From Octopus bimaculoides (taxonomy: Eukaryota), in assembly GCF_001194135.2 (NCBI RefSeq), contig NC_068987.1, positions 79,249,668 to 79,292,913 of the forward strand: DNA of 43,246 nucleotides, read 5' to 3'. The notes beneath the pieces are model-generated. The model was given only the letters and a program-made list of their open reading frames with translations. It had not been told where the DNA came from and made no database searches. Positions 25,247 to 36,614 of this stretch are shown piece after piece; position 1 is the stretch's first letter, and each line of letters opens with the position of its first letter. Position numbers and translations under genes: made by a program.

Positions 25247-25504
25247 ATGAAATAGCATTTAAAAACCTAATAAGAAATTCGTATTGGAGTTTATTTTTAT
25301 CCACAAGTACCTGTGCCTTCAGTATGATCAGTGTCTTAATATTTTAGTAGGACAGGGTATCACCCTATCTTGTCACAATACCTTTTCTCTGCCTTGTAGA
25401 ATTATATGCTCTCGGCCTCACTCATGCTAACTTGTCAGCGTTAGCTCGGGGCTATGTAAGTGAATATGTATTATTACAACTGATCATTGGATGGCGCGGT
25501 CACA

Positions 25505-25576
25505 ACAAGAGCAACAACAACCATTACAACAACTACGCTACTATTGCAGCTGCTGCTGCTGCTACTACTACTACTC

Positions 25577-25620
<44 letters not shown>

Positions 25621-25947
25621 TATAATAATAATAATATCACTACTACTATTACTAATACTACAGTGCTGACAGACTAATATGAACAATCTTAACGATGTAG
25701 GTTGAGGGTGTTCGTGGTGATGATGTGGAGGTGGAGGAAAATAGTTTAGGTAGTCGTTGCCGCGATCGTCACCATTATCGCCTAGAGCAATACCCAGCCC
25801 TTCACCCGCATCGTCCTCTTCGCGTCACCATCATCATCGTCATCATCATCGTCATCATCAACGTCATCATCATCATCATCATCATCATCCTTATCATGAT
25901 AATGAAAGTGTCAACACGAGCAACACAACAGTTACAACAACAACAAC

Positions 25948-25997
<50 letters not shown>
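25505..25997. repeat. CAA/GCT/TAC/AAT and CAT triplet mosaics
   Basis: Visible tandem triplets. Confidence 0.9.
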
Positions 25998-26001
<4 letters not shown>

Positions 26002-26140
26002 CTTTTACTCTTTTGTTTCAGTCATTTGACTGTGGCCATGCTTCAGCACCGCCTTTAGTCGAGCAAATAGACCCCAGGACTTATTTTTTGTAAGCCTAGT
26101 ACTAATTCTATCGGTCTCTTTTGCCGAACCGCTAATTTAC
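25998..26140 (-). mobile_element. Family A SINE 3' fragment
   Basis: Nearly identical to 5638-5785: tactcttttactc...gtttcagtcatttgactg...gccgaaccgctaa. Confidence 0.92.
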
Positions 26141-26504
26141 CTAAGTTAAGGTACCTGGGTTAAAATTACTGCCTGGCTTTTCGCTGGTTTTATGCAGATT
26201 CCTTCCGGTTTCATCTTCCTGCCAATCTCGGGAAACTTTAAAAGTTTAAGCCCATCGCTACTGCCCTTCTTTTATTGAAGAATCCACGGAAAAACAAAAC
26301 AAAAAAGAAACCAACCCCAAATAAGGTAATTGTAAAAATAGATGATAAGAGCATGGCCTGGCTGAGTAAGTTATCCAGGTAACACAACGTTTAGAATATC
26401 GTTATATGCTATGGCAGCAAAATTGGGTGCAACTGCATAAACACTAAAATTAGTGACAGCAACCGCAGGAACTAAAATATGAATCGGTAGGGAAGTCTGT
26501 ACGT

Positions 26505-26668
26505 GGTCATTTGTCCAGTTAAAAATAGCCATCAAATTCTCTCAATTAACAAAACCTCCATCTTTTAAAGAAAAGTGTAGGTCATGAGAGAAGGAATGGT
26601 TATGGTGCTTTTGATAATTAGGTCGGTACGTTTAATGATGGCTTCGAATTAAGCAACAAGAACAGCAA
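26505..26668 (+). mobile_element. Family E fragment whose CAA-rich tail is the target of the next insertion
   Basis: aaaaatagccatcaaattctctcaa parallels aaatagtattggctgccaaattcccctcaaatc (35085) and gaaatggttgctaaattttcatcaaaatc (38405); ends in aagcaacaagaacagcaa. Confidence 0.45.
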
Positions 26669-26783
26669 CAGAGTTCGCTATTTAAGAGATGAGGAATTAT
26701 ATACATTATTTACATTATTTACATTAGTGGTTAAGAGCGTGAGCTACTAACCCCAAGATTCCGAGTTCGATTCCAAGCAGTGA

Positions 26784-26831
<48 letters not shown>

Positions 26832-26988
26832 TAATAATACGAAAAATACCTTAGGAATGAGAAACCAGGTTCGAAATTTCCCCAAGACACCTAATGAAGT
26901 CTTGGAGGGTATATCAGCCGAAACGTTGTGTTAACAACAAACAAGATGAGGACAAATATCTGTCAAATGTAAATAATGTAAATAATTC
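26669..26988 (+). mobile_element. tRNA-headed, hammerhead-bearing, Penelope-like non-autonomous retroelement with 5' inverted segment
   Basis: 11-bp direct repeat aagaacagcaa at 26658-26668 and 26989-26999; 26694-26716 is the reverse complement of 26966-26988 (22/23); tagtggttaagagc (26725-26738) and B-box gagttcgattcc (26763-26774); (AAT)n at about 26788-26838; hammerhead fold at 26886-26932. Confidence 0.75.
26886..26932 (+). ncRNA. Minimal type-I hammerhead ribozyme motif, degenerate (G5A)
   Basis: Stem I GACAC (26886-90)/GUGUU (26928-32); core C-U-A-A-U-G-A (26891-97; canonical CUGAUGA); imperfect stem II gucuug/cagcc; GAAA (26920-23); palindromic AACGUU stem III; GUU cleavage triplet ending at 26927. 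Confidence 0.7.
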
Positions 26989-27020
26989 AAGAACAGCAAT
27001 AGTTTTCAAGATCAATACGA

Positions 27021-27448
27021 ACTTTTACTTGTTTCAGTCACTGGACTGTGGCCATGCTGGGGCACCATTTTAAAGGATTTTAGTCGAACAAATCGACACC
27101 GGTACTTATGTCTCTATTTAAGTTTGGATTCTTTTGACGAACTGTTAAGTTGCGGGGACGTAAAAAAACAAGCACCGGTTGTCAGGCGGTTGTGCGGAGG
27201 AAGTATGAAAAATATAAACACGAAGACACACGCATAGAGGTACACACACGCATCTCGTATGTATATGTGTGTGTGTGTGTGCGCGCGCACGCCACGGGCT
27301 TCCACAGAGTTTTCGTCTATGAAATCTACTCCCAATTCATAGATTGGCCCGGGGCTATAGTGACGCAAGGTGACGCACGGTGGGTCTGAACCTTAACACT
27401 GGTACTTGCAAATAAGATTTTCTTATCCACACATAGATATCTGCACCA
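27021..27448 (-). mobile_element. Diverged family A SINE
   Basis: acttttacttgtttcagtcactggactgtggccatgctggggcacc...gttaagttgcggggacgt...cacgggcttcc...gcccggggctatagt...ccacacatag. Confidence 0.85.
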
Positions 27449-27548
27449 ATGCTAACAAAGCAAAATGAGAATGAACGCCGAAACAAAAGGGGGAATGACG
27501 GAAAACAAAAAACTCGTATCATAAACATCAATAATTATAACAACAACA

Positions 27549-27612
<64 letters not shown>

Positions 27613-27891
27613 TAATTTTGTGCTAAAGAATAATGTGTTTCGCATTTAGATATAAAGAAAGATATGTGAATACATTAGCATTCGGGTGTTACAATTGCCA
27701 GATAACTTACATATAGTGACATCGGTTTGTTCTCTTCTCTAACAATGACAATTCTTGATCATGCTTTGATAACTGCCAGTGACAGGTTTATATCGATTTC
27801 TTTATAATAATGATACAACAACGACCTTTGGATAAGTGTGCGTGTGTATACGTGTACGTACGCGCGTGCAAATATATATATATGTGTGTTT

Positions 27892-27923
<32 letters not shown>

Positions 27924-28675
27924 ATGTAAAATCTGTATGAAGCAATGTCATAGCACAATTGATACTGTTGCGTTTTATGTATCATATCAAATGGCACTTG
28001 CAGAATTTCAGAGATTAACGATAAACTTCTGAATATGCAATTCTACATTGCTGCATCTATATCTTTTAAAAGTCATTTTTCATTTCACTTACACATATAA
28101 TGTACTAGGGTTAAATACTATGATTCTGAAAGTCCCATTCAATAAAAACAAAAGAGTAGTGTGTATGATATTACATGATATGTAATGACATTACATAAGT
28201 GCATGCGACGTAAGATTTACATAATGGCAATAGAATGCCAAGCATCACTTATTCAAAGGTTTTTGCATGTTCAGCAAATGTTATGGTATATAAAATCTCT
28301 ATATAATGAAATTATGGGTGTTAATAATGACATATCATATTGCTGAGTAATTACAGGTGTGTAAAATTGTACTGTTTATTCATGTTTATTATTAGATAAT
28401 AATATATTAATTTTGTTTGATCACCTCATAAGAAGAAAAGCGTTAATTATCATATGTAAATAATGGAATGTGAGCAGTTTTGGAAAAGTAGACGCCATTT
28501 TGTAACGGTCGAAGAAGCGTAACGAGAATATTTTACATCATCTGAAGTATTTTGATATTGCCAGTGAAGGGATCATTATCTGACTGTCAGTCAGGCAAAT
28601 AGCTTTCTTTTGAATGCCTGAGTAGAGAGCAGAACGTCAAAAGTATGTTCTGAGGAGCAAATCTCATTCTTTAAC

Positions 28676-28852
28676 GAATCGCCATTATATAGAATGTGTG
28701 AAACAAAAGAAAGAATGATCAGCCATCTTGTAAACGAATGTGCTAAGTTGGCACAGCGGGAATACAAAAGAGGACACGATAATGTTGCCAGATATATCCA
28801 ATGGATGATATCTGAGAAATGTGCGTTTGTCAGAGAAGCTAAACAGAATGGG
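28676..28852 (+). pseudogene. Zinc-knuckle (CCHC) region of an R4/Dong-type non-LTR retrotransposon ORF, fragment
   Basis: ESPLYRMCETKERMISHLVNECAKLAQREYKRGHDNVARYIQWMISEKCAF matches the family pattern SPLCRxC....ETIxHxxSxCxxLAQxEYKxRHDxVAxxIHW; the first Cys is replaced by Tyr. Overlaps ORF 28694..28903. Confidence 0.85.
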
Positions 28853-28954
28853 GAAGTAAGAAAACTTGCGTTCTATGAGACCAAATTTATAATACTCCCA
28901 TAGCAGTGAAACCTTATCTCAATTATCAGAAGCCAGACTGTCACAGAACACATA

Positions 28955-29084
28955 AGTACGTAGGTAGGTAGGTAGGTAGGTAGGTAGGTAGGTAGGTAGG
29001 TAGGTAGGTAGGTAGGTAGGTACGTACGTACGTACGTAGATACGTAGGTAGATAGATAGATAAACAGGCAGATAGACGGAAGGG

Positions 29085-29140
<56 letters not shown>
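28955..29140. repeat. (TAGG)n-(TACG)n-(GATA)n compound tetranucleotide repeat
   Basis: Visible tandem runs. Confidence 0.95.
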
Positions 29141-29752
29141 CGAACGGTGGGACGAACGGATAGGAAAATAGAGAGATAATTGATGGACAGAGAGAAAGAA
29201 AGAGACTGTTTTTCAAAGAGAGCTGTTTGGGAGACATGTACAATAACGAATATTAGATATAATAAAATGAAATCTGTGAACAATGAGGTAATTTACTTAT
29301 AACAGATAACACGAGAGTCTGAAGAAAGTCACTTTCAATGACGGATGAGTGGAATAAAGGATAATAGCTGAAGGGTTAAAAACCGAAGTGTAATGACAGA
29401 TATAGGCAATGACACATTAAATAAGAGGTTAATGACTGATATCAAATGACGAATACGAATAAGACCACGTTATTTTCCGAGTAATGATATAGGTATATAA
29501 TAATACAATGTACCATTGAATACAGAACTCATTACACTTTTGTCGTTATTCTGGAGTAAGTTATTATTAGGCTCATATATCATTACACATACGTCATTGC
29601 GCTATAAGTCATGTTTGCTTTCACATAAATCTGTCATACTGTCACTGTGCATATGTGATAAGTGCAATGATTGGTATTAGTGAAGGCATGTGTTATTTTT
29701 ATAACGAAATGATATAAATATTGAAATTACACATTATATCATACAATACAAT

Positions 29753-29818
<66 letters not shown>

Positions 29819-30273
29819 GATGCAGTGACACATTTTAGGTTTTGCGTAATGATTTCTGGGTATGTCGTAAGAGGATATCCATCAGAACCCCCACCCATAT
29901 ACATACATATGCNNNNNNNNNNNNNNNNNNNNNNNNNNNNNNNNNNNNNNNNNNNNNNNNNNNNNNNNNNNNNNNNNNNNNNNNNNNNNNNNNNNNNNNN
30001 NNNNNNNNNNNNNNNNNNNNNNNNNNNNNNNNNNNNNNNNNNNNNNNNNNNNNNNNNNNNNNNNNNNNNNNNNNNNNNNNNNNNNNNNNNNNNNNNNNNN
30101 NNNNNNNNNNNNNNNNNNNNNNNNNNNNNNNNNNNNNNNNNNNNNNNNNNNNNNNNNNNNNNNNNNNNNNNNNNNNNNNNNNNNNNNNNNNNNNNNNNNN
30201 NNNNNNNNNNNNNNNNNNNNNNNNNNNNNNNNNNNNNNNNNNNNNNNNNNNNNNNNNNNNNNNNNNNNNNNNN

Positions 30274-30329
<56 letters not shown>

Positions 30330-30759
30330 ATGAGCATATGTATGTAGATGTATAAGAAGAATAGCTTGGTAATTGGCTCATAATTTGGAGAAGTACTGAG
30401 CTCTTTGAGATGATGTAAGATACTCGTATGTGGATTCAAGTGTATTGAAACCTTATGTTACGAGGTGCGTTGTGGCTCCTTATTCTCTAAGGCTACTTCA
30501 AGACAATCTGTGGCAGACTATTGCTTGTAATAGAATGGAATTTAGTGTATGTGAGTTCGTTGAGACAAACACGCTCGAGTGAGGAAAATCCTAAATTTAC
30601 ATGAAATGTTGTTTGTGTTTGCATTTCATATTCCTATACACACACTCACACACACACACACACACATACACATGCACACACACACACACACATGCACACA
30701 TGCACACACACACACACAAGCCCACACAAACACCCGCAGGAATATATAAATACATATTC

Positions 30760-30800
<41 letters not shown>

Positions 30801-30816
30801 AATATTCATATACAAG

Positions 30817-30855
<39 letters not shown>

Positions 30856-31492
30856 NNNNNNNNNNNNNNNNNNNNNNNNNNNNNNNNNNNNNNNNNNNNN
30901 NNNNNNNNNNNNNNNNNNNNNNNNNNNNNNNNNNNNNNNNNNNNNNNNNNNNNNNNNNNNNNNNNNNNNNNNNNNNNNNNNNNNNNNNNNNNNNNNNNNN
31001 NNNNNNNNNNNNNTTTTGTCCCAAGAGTGAAGAAAAATTGAACAAACTTGCTTGGCAATTCACCTGCAAATCTTAATTTCTCAGATTTTTCTTTTTTTTT
31101 TATGTATATATGTATATAAATATATATTCTTTTCGCTTTTCCAAACTTCCAAGTCAACTTTTTTCTAACATACGATTCTATTTTCGATAAGTATTTTATA
31201 TTTAAACTGACATTAATTCTGTTGCAATTTTAAACATACTTTCTCTGATATATACGGAAGTAAAGCAGAGGTGGACCCATGAACCATTCACAAAATAGCT
31301 AATCCTAACGGTGCCTCGTTGACCCGCTCATTTTAATGACTGCTTTTTAATTCTGTTTTATTTTATATGTGTGTGTGTATGTATGTGTGTTCATATATGT
31401 CTGTATGCGTGTTTATATGTGTGATGTTTTATTTTACGATAGGATAGCCAGTTCCAATAACTTAATTGGGAAAGGAAAAGATGTGTAAGTGT

Positions 31493-31539
<47 letters not shown>

Positions 31540-31705
31540 ACGATAGCCTCGGGTTACAGACACACCTCTGTATGTGTAACCATCTGCACGTGACACTTTA
31601 GTAGGTTTGCAACGGTGTCACATCCTGGGTCACCGAAGTGCGCTCATTTGATTGACAGTCGGGTAAACTGGCCGGTCCACATTATTCAAAAGAAGCTGAA
31701 ACATT

Positions 31706-31711
31706 TGGATT

Positions 31712-31756
<45 letters not shown>
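31706..31756 (+). repeat. About 50 nt poly(A) run
   Basis: Homopolymer with no clear AATAAA or TSD. Confidence 0.9.
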
Positions 31757-31758
<2 letters not shown>

Positions 31759-31808
31759 AAAAGGAAAGAAAACACTTTCCTGGTTGTAGTGAACTATTTG
31801 TACGAGCA

Positions 31809-31843
<35 letters not shown>

Positions 31844-32130
31844 GGCTCACACGCACGCACACACAAACACACACACACACACACACGTATATACGTTTAG
31901 CCAGAGTCAATCACACGTACATATACATACCTTGATTTATGTATGCGTACAAACAAGGATGGCAGGTATGTTACCCACAGCGTATTATCAGGTGAGGTAT
32001 TTCAGCTAATTACACTTTTAATACTTGTATCCTATATTTTTGTTTTCTTTACAACATACATTTGGTGTGACCCCGGCTGAAGCTGATAACTGATACATAA
32101 TAATATAATGTAAAAATTAATATAACATAA

Positions 32131-32260
32131 TATAATATAATATGTGTATATATATACATATATATACATATACATATATATATATTTATATATAATATAA
32201 TATGTGTATATATATACATATATCTACATATACATATATATATTTATATATAATATAATA
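32131..32260. repeat. About 60-bp AT-rich tandem duplication
   Basis: tataatataatatgtgtatatatatacata recurs at 32131 and 32191. Confidence 0.8.
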
Positions 32261-33098
32261 TTATATAGAAATATAATATATATATATAAATAAATATTGT
32301 ATATATACATATATATATAAATAAATATTGTATATATNNNNNNNNNNNNNNNNNNNNNNNNNNNNNNNNNNNNNNNNNNNNNNNNNNNNNNNNNNNNNNN
32401 NNNNNNNNNNNNNNNNNNNNNNNNNNNNNNNNNNNNNNNNNNNNNNNNNNNNNNNNNNNNNNNNNNNNNNNNNNNNNNNNNNNNNNNNNNNNNNNNNNNN
32501 NNNNNNNNNNNNNNNNNNNNNNNNNNNNNNNNNNNNNNNNNNNNNNNNNNNNNNNTGTGTGTGTGTGTGTGTGTGTGTGTGTTGGTTTGTGGAAGCTCTT
32601 TCAGGGCTCCCAGGGTTTTCACAGATATGATAACCCAAATATTTCGCTCAGTTTTCCCGCTCCATATAAGTTAATCGTTGAAAACTGTCTTAAGTTTCTT
32701 TACACAATACCGATTAAATTTTATTTTAAAAGTTACCTTGTTTTCAATATATACAAACATAAGAGAAACACGTGAATGCACACAGAGGCATAGTTAACTA
32801 CTTTTCCAACCCAACTAACTACAAATTCACCTACCTAGATACATAAATGCGTGAGCGTCTTTGCCTCCGTATGAAGGGCTTCGGAGCAAGTTTCATTCTA
32901 AGGCTCTCCAAACACAAGACATATATCAATTTTCATATCGAGGCTGTGAGAAAAAATACTTTCATTCAGCCAGAAGTCATGCAGTTACAAGGCGGATCAC
33001 TTTATCACACATTAATTACTGCACACATCCACATGTTAGCATATTTAAACAAGAGCCGTACATATGTATATATATATATACATATATCTTTTTTATCA

Positions 33099-33399
33099 TT
33101 TACTTCTTTCGGGCGTCAGACTGTGGCTTTGATTGGATACCGCTTGGACGTTTTTTTGTTTTTATTTACTCGCTGCCAGTACTTCGTTTCAAGTCAAGTA
33201 CTTATTCTATCGTTCCTTTGCCGAACCGCTAAGTTACAAACACATAAACACGTTTGTCAAGTGTTGGTGGGAGACAAACATACACAAAGACAAACACCAG
33301 CACAAACACACACATTTCTCTCCCTATCTGTCTTTCTTTCTTTCTTTCTCTCTCTCTATCTCTCTCTCTCTCTCTCTCTCTCCCTCTCTCTCTCTCTCC

Positions 33400-33441
<42 letters not shown>

Positions 33442-33705
33442 NNNNNNNNNNNNNNNNNNNNNNNNNNNNNNNNNNNNNNNNNNNNNNNNNNNNNNNNNNN
33501 NNNNNNNNNNNNNNNNNNNNNNNNNNNNNNNNNNNNNNNNNNNNNNNNNNNNNNNNNNNNNNNNNNNNNNNNNNNNNAGTTTCCGTCTCCCGCATCCACC
33601 TACAAGGCTTTGATCGACCGAAGTCTACTGTAGAAGATACACCTTCCCGAGGTGCCACGCAAAGGGACTGAACGGGGAACTATGTGGATGGAAGCTAATT
33701 TCTTA

Positions 33706-33712
<7 letters not shown>
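33099..33712 (-). mobile_element. Family A SINE with a greatly expanded internal (CT)n/(TA)n slot containing a gap
   Basis: caagtacttattctatcg...gccgaaccgctaagttac...gagacaaacatacac | gap | agtttccgtctccc...caaggctttgatcgaccg...ggtgccacgcaaagggactgaac...cttaccacac. Confidence 0.85.
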
Positions 33713-33757
<45 letters not shown>

Positions 33758-34220
33758 ACATGCACACATATACACACACACACATATATGGAAAGAGAGT
33801 GTGTGTGAGTGAGAGTCTGTATGTTTCTCTACAAGTGTGTACGAATTTCTGCGCATTTGTGCGTACTTGCATGTGTGTACGCACCAAGGTGTAAAATTTA
33901 GAAGAATAACATGTGTGGCGCTATTTCCAGTAGCTCATTTATTCCCTTCATTACGCTTCTATAGTGATCCTTCGTAGCAAATTTAGACACTGCCATGGTC
34001 GTTGTCGCTTCTTTCTTAGCCACCGTGACCAAGGCCGTACAGTGACATCGACTTAGTTAATTATTTTCTGTATTCCATTCTGTCAGCAAACAATATGAGT
34101 AATTAGTGTATGATAATATATTTATCTCTCTAATCCTGAAATATCAACTAATAACATACGTACACAGTTATTTATAGTTTTGTTATACAACTACATATAT
34201 GCAAATATGTATACATGCAA

Positions 34221-34262
<42 letters not shown>

Positions 34263-34297
34263 ATGTNNNNNNNNNNNNNNNNNNNNNNNNNNNNNNN

Positions 34298-34348
<51 letters not shown>

Positions 34349-34544
34349 ATGTGGGTGTGTGTGTATATATATATGTATGTATGTATGTATATATGTACAT
34401 ATGTATATATAGGCAGACACACACGCACACATACAATGTGCTCATGTGTACTATGTCTGCCAACAAGGTAACAATGTCTTTATGCAAATCCCAGTAACAT
34501 GATACATGGGATGTTATCGGCGGGTGATATCAAATAACTTTCGT

Positions 34545-34745
34545 CCACCACCACCACCACCACCAACAGCTCCTCCTCCTCCTCTTCTTCTTCTTCTTCT
34601 TCTTCTTCTTCTTCTTCTTCTCCTTCTTCTTCTTCTTCTTCTTCTTCTTCTTCTTCTTCTTCTTCTTCTTCTTCTTCTTCTTCTTCTTCTTCTTCTTCTT
34701 CTTCTTCTTCTTCTTCTTCTTCTTCTTCTTCTTCTTCTTCTTCTT
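34545..34745. repeat. (CCA)n-(CCT)n-(CTT)n, long near-perfect pyrimidine triplet tract
   Basis: Visible; source of the poly-Glu and poly-Leu ORFs. Confidence 0.97.
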
Positions 34746-35074
34746 TCACTAACGTATGCAAAATAAAGTAAATCGTGTTATGTACAAGTTAAGTGGCACC
34801 CCCTGTAGATTTCCCTGTCCCCAAATGGCGTAAAGATATCATCCCGTTCAGTCAACTTTATATACACGGCGTAAATGTGTCCCTAATTATACCCGTTGTC
34901 TACCTGTATTTCTATGTGCGTTTGTATGTTTATGCGTCTATATATTTGTATGAGTGTTTGCGTATCTTATATAAGTTATATAACAGAGTTACCTATAACA
35001 GAGTTACTCTAATATTCACACAAAGGTACACGATCTCAAAGACCAATCGATGAAAAAACAAAGTATACTCTAAG

Positions 35075-35235
35075 ATGTCAGTCGAACTGGTACAAATAGT
35101 ATTGGCTGCCAAATTCCCCTCAAATCAAAACCTAGCCTCTTCGCAGATGAATAGATGTATTAGTTATTGTAGTTCTTACATAATTCTTGAAAGAGATGAT
35201 GGTCATGCCTGGAATACATTTGGCCATTTTTAACC
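35075..35235 (+). mobile_element. Family E fragment
   Basis: ggctgccaaattcccctcaaatcaaaacc...gatgatggtcatgcctggaatacatttgg, shared with the other E copies. Confidence 0.55.
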
Positions 35236-35619
35236 TGTGGCTGAATTCCACCACCGCCTCCACCGTAATCACCACCAAAACCGCCATCACCAACTACAAC
35301 GTTCAAGTTAACAAACGCTACTTAAATGATTAGGGTGTTAACGTAATCCAACGTAACGTTTGCTTTAGTATGCCTGGTGATTATCGACGAGTGCAGCGTG
35401 GAATGGGATTAACGATTCTACACGAAGTTACCCACAAATACCAGCACAAATATTAAGCACTCAACTCACATTTACGGTTAGTTCGTCCGATATATTTGAG
35501 GCTGGATTAAATATATGAAATGGAAATCAAGGGATAGGGAAAGGATACAAAGATTTCAAAATTTTAAATCTATACAAAGAAAATAATAATAAAATAAATA
35601 AAAATAAAACAACCCAAAC

Positions 35620-35912
35620 TTGGCATTCCATCGGTTACGAAGACGTGGGGTCCAGATGATCTGAGATTAACGTGCAAGTGACTGAGCACTCACGTGTACA
35701 CTTAACATAGTTCTCAGGGAAATTCAGCGTGACACAATGTAATAAGTCTGACGCTTTGAATTACAGGTAAAACTCATTTTTGCCAGCCGAGTGGACGGGA
35801 GCAACGCAAAATAAAGAGACTTGCTCAAGAACAAGATGCACCGCCAGGAATCGAACTCATGACCTTACGATCAGGCGCCGTTTACCCTAACCTCTAAGCT
35901 ACGTGCCTTCAC
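35620..35912 (-). mobile_element. Family C SINE: tRNA-like head, Meta/CORE-like central domain, 3' module shared with family D
   Basis: Reverse complement reads gtgaaggcacgtagcttagaggttagg...gagttcgattcctgg...gttcttgagcaagtctctttattttgcgttgctcccgtccactcggctggcaaaaatgagt...tgtgtcacgctgaatttccctgagaact...cgtaaccgatggaatgcca. The domain name is recalled similarity (inference). Confidence 0.85.
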
Positions 35913-35917
35913 TATAA

Positions 35918-36256
35918 TCTATACAAAATGTCAGCATGACATAACGAGCAGATTTCAATAATAATATTCTTGTGCTTTTCTCCGTCAACATATGAATGAG
36001 AAAAGAAGAGGGTGATGGCGAACTGGTAGTGGGAGTGTTTCAAACTGTGTGAGTATATGTACGTGTATGTAAAATGGAGGTATGTGAATGTGTGTGTGTG
36101 TGTGAGAGAGGGTGTATGTGTATGCGCAATAGAAGTGGGATGATGAACACTCAACGCTGAAAAGAAAAATCAAATGGCGTTTCAACTCTGTGTGAGTATA
36201 TGTGTGCGCGTATGTAAAATGGAGGTATATGAATGAGTCTGTGTTTGTGTGTGTGA

Positions 36257-36341
<85 letters not shown>

Positions 36342-36591
36342 TGTGCGTGTGTGCGTTAGAAGTGGGATGGTGAACATTCAACGCTGAAAAGAAAAAATCA
36401 AACGGCGTTTCAACTCTGTGTGAGTATTTGTGTGTATGCGTGAACCAGCGTTCTTTCAGCAAAAAACGATATAACATCTCAAAAGGCAACCACTAGATAA
36501 CGTTGACAAGTGTTTAATTTGATTTACCATCCATATTTATATATGAAATACTACAATTAGCCGTCGTTTTTGACGGCACGGGGCCAGCTAG
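35918..36591 (+). mobile_element. Candidate non-autonomous Helitron
   Basis: 3' end: hairpin gccgtc-gttttt-gacggc (36560-36577), 10 nt spacer, CTAG (36588-91), then T. Candidate 5' end A|TCTATAC at 35917/35918. The 5' boundary is less certain. Confidence 0.6.
36037..36440. repeat. Minisatellite of about 2 units with an internal (GT)n of variable length
   Basis: gtttcaa(a/c)..tgtgtgagtat restarts at 36037, 36179 and 36407 (periods 142 and 228 bp); tagaagtgggatg.tgaaca.tcaacgctgaaaagaaaaa occurs twice. Confidence 0.9.
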
Positions 36592-36614
36592 TGTATTATA
36601 TTCAGTGTGCAATA

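Noticed and set aside
26198-26325. Exon-like segment with good acceptor and donor
   Set aside because: Stops in all three frames and no other support.
26725-26780. tRNA gene
   Set aside because: The 5' acceptor stem and part of the A-box are missing. It is the head of the retroelement, as are the tRNA-like segments at 20843, 24791 and 35850-35912.
31552-31621. Two consecutive 7-bp inverted repeats (ggttaca/tgtaacc and gtgacac/gtgtcac)
   Set aside because: Short arms with 16-18 nt spacers are within chance expectation, and there is no second copy in the window.
32847-33671. 274-aa ORF
   Set aside because: Runs through a family A SINE, microsatellites and an N-gap; the unique N-terminal part has no recognisable domain.
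34795-34815. ccctgtagat, resembling miR-10
   Set aside because: Only 10 nt match, the first seed base differs, and there is no hairpin.
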